Shown: positions 59,620 to 64,000 of the stretch, one piece after another | How positions within the stretch are numbered: position 1 is the stretch's first letter | How the letters are laid out: every line of letters begins with the position of its first letter | Assembly: GCA_965248835.1 (NCBI GenBank) | Contig: CBDFLJ010000001.1 | Coordinates: forward strand, 768,001 to 832,000 | Reading direction: 5' to 3' | DNA from: Alphaproteobacteria bacterium | Lineage (GTDB): Bacteria > Pseudomonadota > Alphaproteobacteria > MPNO01 | Length of the DNA: 64,000 nucleotides | Translations under genes and position numbers: made by a program | Notes under the pieces: generated by a model | Database searches by the model: none | The model's input: only the letters and a program-made list of their open reading frames with translations | Told to the model about the DNA's origin: nothing

Positions 59620-59750
59620 GCCGCCGGGCGCTGATCGCCCGGCTTGCCGCCGCCGCCGCGCTCGCCATGCTTGCCGGCTGCGGCAGGAAGGGAGACCCCG
59701 AGCCGCCACCCGAAGAGAGGGTGCGCTTCCCGCGCAAATACCCGAAGTGA
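59616..59750 (+). CDS. small lipoprotein (LppL/LptM-like)
   Basis: Manual translation [44 protein letters not shown]; LAGC lipobox plus GRKG; GTGA overlaps with argH and lysA. Confidence 0.85.
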   Translation: MSRRALIARLAAAAALAMLAGCGRKGDPEPPPEERVRFPRKYPK

Positions 59751-61009
59751 GCGCATTCGCCTATCGGGCGGGTGTCCTGCACGCCGAGGGCGTGAGCCTG
59801 GCCGAGATCGCCCGCGCCGTGGGAACGCCGGCCTATGTCTATGCCCAGGGCGCGATCGAGGATGCCTATTGCACTCTCGCGGCTTCGGTGGACGCGAAGA
59901 TCTGCTATTCCGTCAAGGCGAACTCGAACCAGGCGGTGATCGCAACCCTTGCCCGGCTCGGGTCGGGAGCCGACGTGGTCTCGGGCGGCGAACTGGCGCG
60001 CGCGGTTGCCGCCGGCGTGAACCCGGCCGATATCGTCTTCTCCGGCGTGGGTAAGACCCGACGGGAGATCGGCCAGGCGTTGGAAGCGGGGATCGGTCAG
60101 ATCAACGCCGAATCCGAGGCCGAGCTTGCCGTGATATCGGAGGTTGCAAGTGCGGCGGGCCAGACCGCCCCGGTGGCGCTCAGGGTGAACCCGGACGTCG
60201 CTGTCGACACCCACGAAAAGATCGCGACCGGCGGCTACGCGCACAAATTCGGCATTCCGGTCGAGGAAACCCCCCGGCTCTATGCGATATCGCATGCGAT
60301 GCCCGGATTGCGGATGGTCGGTCTGGCCGTTCACATCGGCTCCCAGATCATGGAGACCGCACCCTATGAGCAGGCGTTCCGCACGCTGGCAGCACTGGTC
60401 GGGACGCTGCGCGGCGACGGCCTGCCGGTCGAAAGGCTCGATCTTGGCGGCGGGCTGGGCATTCCCTACATCGAAGAGACGCCACCAGGCCCGGATGCCC
60501 TGGCCAGGGTCATCGCCGGGACCGTCGGCGGGCTCGGCTGCTCGCTGGTCATCGAGCCGGGCCGCTATCTGGTGGGCAATGCGGGCGTGCTGGTGACCGG
60601 CGTGATCCATACCAAGCAGACGCCGACGCGCCGGTTCGTCGTGGTCGACGCCGCGATGAACGACTTGCTTCGCCCGACGCTCTACGAAGCCCGGCACCCG
60701 GTGATGCCGGTGGTCGAGCCGGTCGAGGCCGCCGAGGCGTTGCCGGCCGACATCGTCGGTCCGGTATGCGAGACCGGCGACGTCCTGGCGAAGGCCGCGC
60801 CGCTGCCGGCGCTGTCGGAGGGCGATCTGATCGCGATCGGCGCCGCCGGGGCCTATGGCGCGGTGATGGCTTCGTACTACAATAGCCGCGCGCTGGTCGG
60901 CGAGGTCATGGTCTGCGCGGAGCGATTCGCGGTGATCCGGCCGCGTCAGGAGCCGGCGGTCCTGCAAGCCCTGGACAGGATCCCGCCCTGGCTCGCCGGC
61001 AGCGGCTGA
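59747..61009 (+). CDS. lysA: diaminopimelate decarboxylase
   Basis: GTPAYVY, YSVKANSN, HIGSQI, EPGR, GPVCETGD, GAYG..MAS.YNSR. Confidence 0.96.
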   Translation: MSAFAYRAGVLHAEGVSLAEIARAVGTPAYVYAQGAIEDAYCTLAASVDAKICYSVKANSNQAVIATLARLGSGADVVSGGELARAVAAGVNPADIVFSGVGKTRREIGQALEAGIGQINAESEAELAVISEVASAAGQTAPVALRVNPDVAVDTHEKIATGGYAHKFGIPVEETPRLYAISHAMPGLRMVGLAVHIGSQIMETAPYEQAFRTLAALVGTLRGDGLPVERLDLGGGLGIPYIEETPPGPDALARVIAGTVGGLGCSLVIEPGRYLVGNAGVLVTGVIHTKQTPTRRFVVVDAAMNDLLRPTLYEARHPVMPVVEPVEAAEALPADIVGPVCETGDVLAKAAPLPALSEGDLIAIGAAGAYGAVMASYYNSRALVGEVMVCAERFAVIRPRQEPAVLQALDRIPPWLAGSG

Positions 61010-61044
61010 GAGCGTCGCGTCGAGGCTCCGCAGAGGGACGCCTA

Positions 61045-63567
61045 ATGACCGAGCCGCCGCAACCGGAAGACGGGGCCCGACCGGCCGGGGAGCCCGTGCC
61101 CCGCGGATACCGGCGGAAACTGGTGTGGGCCCGCCTGATCATGGTGTGGGAGGGCCTGTGGCGCGGGCTGTGGCCGGCCTTTCTGCTGTTTTCGGCCTTT
61201 TGCGCCCTGGCGCTGCTCGGGCTGCTGCCGCTGCTGCCGGGATGGCTGCATGCGCTGGCGCTGGCCGGGATGCTGGCCGCGATGGCAGTGCTTGTCTGGC
61301 GCGGGTTGCGCGGGCTCGTGGTGCCGCGGCACGCCGATGCGCGGCGCCGGCTCGAGCGGGCCAGCGGGTTCGTCCACCGTCCGCTCCAGACACTGGACGA
61401 TCGGATGGCCGAGGGCGTCGGCAACGCCCAATCCGAACGCCTGTGGCAGGAACACCGGTCCCGGATGCTGGCCGCGGCCCGGACCATCCGGGTCGGCTTG
61501 CCGCACCCCGGCGTGGCCGCGCGCGATCGGCTTGCGCTGCGATTCGCAGCCGCGCTGATCCTCGTGATCGCCGCGGTCGCCGGTTGGTCCGACGCCGGCG
61601 ACCGGTTCCGTGCAGCCGTGATGCCCGATCTTTCGCTGATCGCGGCCACCGAAGCGCCGAAGCTGGAGCTGTGGATTACGCCGCCGGCCTATACCGGCCA
61701 ACCGCCGATCTTTCCCAAGACCGTCGCGCGCGGCGAACCGGGGCCGACCGAAGAACAGCTTGCGGCCGACCGCGCGAAGGGGCCGGCGGCAATCCGCGTG
61801 CCCGCCGGCAGCGATCTGACCGCACGGCTTTCCGGCGGCTCAGGGACGGCCGAGCTGGTAAGGGGCGAGACCAGAACGCCGTTCGAGCGGGTCGATGCCC
61901 GCAACGCGGCGATCGTAGCACCCGTGGCGGGCTCGGGCCGGCTCGCCGTCGAGCAGAACGGCGACGTCCTGGCCGAATTGCGGATCGAACTGGTGCCCGA
62001 TCATGCACCGGAGATCGCCTTCGCCAGCCCGCCGACGGCGACCGAGCGCAAGGCGCTGATGATCACCTACACCGCAGGCGACGACTACGGTCTGGAGCGG
62101 GTCGGCGCCGAAATTCGGCGCAGCTACGAGCGCGGGGCAGTGATCGGCAAGGAGGTCGTCACGCTCGACCTTGCCCTGCCCGCGCCGGGCCCGACAACCG
62201 CCAAGGAGACCAGCTATCACGACTTGACGCCGCACCGCTGGGCCGGGTTGCCGGTGATGATCCGGCTCAAGGCAGCCGACGGAATCGGACAGACGGCGTT
62301 CAGCGGAGATGTCGGGCTGATCCTGCCCGAGCGTGAGTTCCGTCACCCGGTCGCGCGCGCGATCATCGAACAGCGCAAACGGCTGACCACCGAGCCCGAG
62401 CGCCGCCCGTCGATCGCCGGCAGGCTGTCGGAGATCGCCTCCCGGCCGGATACCTACCAGGACAGCACGGTCACCTTCCTCGCCTTGTCGGCGGCGCGGT
62501 CACGGCTGATCTACGATGACACGGATGCGGCCATCCCGCCGGTCATCGACCTGTTGTGGGAGACAGCGCTCGGCGTCGAGGACGGCAGGCTGTCGATCGC
62601 CGAGCGCGCGCTGCGGCGCGCCCAGCGCGCGCTTGCCGAGGCGCTGGCCCGCAATGCGCCGGACGAGGAGCTGGAGCGGCTGATGAACCAGCTCCAGCAG
62701 GCGCTCAACGAATTCATTCGCGAGCTGGCGCAGCAACTCCGCAACCGGCCCGACCAGCAGCAGGCAATGCCGTTCGATCCGCGGACGCGGCTGCTGGAGT
62801 CGACCGATCTGCAGCGCATGATGGAGCAGATCCGCAACCTGTTGCGCGCCGGCGCGCGGGACGCCGCACGCCAGATGCTGGCCCAGCTCCAGAACCTCCT
62901 GGAGAACCTGCGCACCGGCCGGCCGATGCAGGCCAATCCGCAGGCCCGGGCGGGCAGCGAGGCGCTGCAGGAACTGCAACGGCTGATCCAGCGCCAGACC
63001 GAGCTGATGAACCGCAGCTTCCGGCAATCCCAAGCGCGCGGGTCCGGACCCCGGCCGCAGGACTCACGCCAGGGCGCGATGACCCAACGGGAGCTGCAGG
63101 AGATGCTCAAAGGCCTTCGCGACGCGCTGCGCCGGATGGGCATGCGCCCGGGCGGCCAGCCCGACGGGCCCGGCCAGGCGTTCGGCCAGGCCGACCGGAA
63201 CATGGGCGATTCCGCCGGCGCGCTTGACCGCAACGCCCCCGGCGATTCGGTCGGACCCCAGGGGCGCGCGATCGAGGCGCTGCAACGCGCCGGACGCGGC
63301 ATCGTCCAACAGATGATGAACCGGATGGGCCGGGGCACCGGCATTGGCCTGGGCCGGCCGTTCGACCCGATGCAGCAGCGCCGCGACCCGCTGGGGCGCT
63401 ACATGCCTAACCCGCAGGGGATAGATACCCGCGACCTGATGATCCCTGACGAGAGCGCGGTCCAGCGGGCGCAGCGGATCCTCGATGAGCTCCGCCGCCG
63501 GGCGGGGCAGCACCAGCGTCCGAGGCTCGAGCTCGACTATATCGACCGCCTGCTGCGGCGGTTCTAG
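61045..63567 (+). CDS. TIGR02302 / DUF4175 family membrane coiled-coil protein
   Basis: N-terminal TMs, HRPLQTLDD, WITPPAYTG, DDYG, H.WAG, Q-rich coils, RDPLGR, ELDYIDRLL; usual position after lysA. Confidence 0.9.
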   Translation: MTEPPQPEDGARPAGEPVPRGYRRKLVWARLIMVWEGLWRGLWPAFLLFSAFCALALLGLLPLLPGWLHALALAGMLAAMAVLVWRGLRGLVVPRHADARRRLERASGFVHRPLQTLDDRMAEGVGNAQSERLWQEHRSRMLAAARTIRVGLPHPGVAARDRLALRFAAALILVIAAVAGWSDAGDRFRAAVMPDLSLIAATEAPKLELWITPPAYTGQPPIFPKTVARGEPGPTEEQLAADRAKGPAAIRVPAGSDLTARLSGGSGTAELVRGETRTPFERVDARNAAIVAPVAGSGRLAVEQNGDVLAELRIELVPDHAPEIAFASPPTATERKALMITYTAGDDYGLERVGAEIRRSYERGAVIGKEVVTLDLALPAPGPTTAKETSYHDLTPHRWAGLPVMIRLKAADGIGQTAFSGDVGLILPEREFRHPVARAIIEQRKRLTTEPERRPSIAGRLSEIASRPDTYQDSTVTFLALSAARSRLIYDDTDAAIPPVIDLLWETALGVEDGRLSIAERALRRAQRALAEALARNAPDEELERLMNQLQQALNEFIRELAQQLRNRPDQQQAMPFDPRTRLLESTDLQRMMEQIRNLLRAGARDAARQMLAQLQNLLENLRTGRPMQANPQARAGSEALQELQRLIQRQTELMNRSFRQSQARGSGPRPQDSRQGAMTQRELQEMLKGLRDALRRMGMRPGGQPDGPGQAFGQADRNMGDSAGALDRNAPGDSVGPQGRAIEALQRAGRGIVQQMMNRMGRGTGIGLGRPFDPMQQRRDPLGRYMPNPQGIDTRDLMIPDESAVQRAQRILDELRRRAGQHQRPRLELDYIDRLLRRF

Positions 63568-63600
63568 GGCCTGTTCCGAACATGCCGGACCGGATCGGGC

Positions 63601-64000
63601 TCAGCGGCCGAGCACACCGATATAGGGCAGGCCGCGGAAATGATGGGCGTAGTCGAGCCCATAGCCGACGACGAACTTGTCGCCGATCTCGAAGCCTTTG
63701 AAATCGGCCTCGATCGGCACGGAGCGCTTGCCCACCTTGTCGAGCAGCAGGCAGGTCTTCACGCTCGTGGCACCGCGCCGGAGCATCAGGTCGCGGGCAA
63801 ACGCCAGGGTCCGGCCCGACTCCAGGATGTCGTCGACGATCAGCACGTCGCGGCCCTCGACGGTCTCCGCGGTATCGCGCACCAGCGCGACCTCGCCCGA
63901 GCTGACTTTCGCGTCGCCATAGCTCGACAACGTCATGAAATCGACCTGGGCTTTGACCCCGGCCCGCTCCAGCGCGCGGATCAGGTCGGCGGCAAAGACG
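63601..64000 (-). CDS. hpt: hypoxanthine phosphoribosyltransferase (5' part outside window)
   Basis: VFAADLIR, DFMTLSSYG, VLIVDDILESGRTL, FVVGYGLD. Confidence 0.93.
   Translation of the reverse strand, partial: VFAADLIRALERAGVKAQVDFMTLSSYGDAKVSSGEVALVRDTAETVEGRDVLIVDDILESGRTLAFARDLMLRRGATSVKTCLLLDKVGKRSVPIEADFKGFEIGDKFVVGYGLDYAHHFRGLPYIGVLGR

Overview
High-GC (roughly 65-70% by eye) alphaproteobacterial chromosome segment, most consistent with a Rhodospirillales-like organism (inferred from gene order). Core blocks: pckA / hugZ-like / chvI-chvG-hprK-rapZ-EIIA-HPr-ahcY-tsaE-amgK-murU-addB-addA-trxA (21-39 kb) and dksA-tlpA-argH-lipoprotein-lysA-TIGR02302-hpt (57-64 kb). Accessory parts: (i) an aromatic/heterocycle catabolic cluster at the left edge; (ii) two tandem paralogous autotransporters with conserved promoter, leader and beta-barrel but divergent, lower-GC, repeat-rich passengers, flanked by an IS1380-family relic, the second with several mutually compensating frameshifts; (iii) an XRE regulator divergent from two small orphan ORFs, with twin palindromic operators; (iv) an eroded region after tRNA-Arg(CCG) with several gene relics plus intact TauD-family, DMT, formamidase operon, crcB and SprT-like genes; (v) a frameshifted orphan CoxL-like molybdoenzyme convergent on a two-gene NAD-dependent formate dehydrogenase. 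No CRISPR array, rRNA, intact transposase, integrase or reverse transcriptase was seen. No database search was run: all family calls come from motif recognition.
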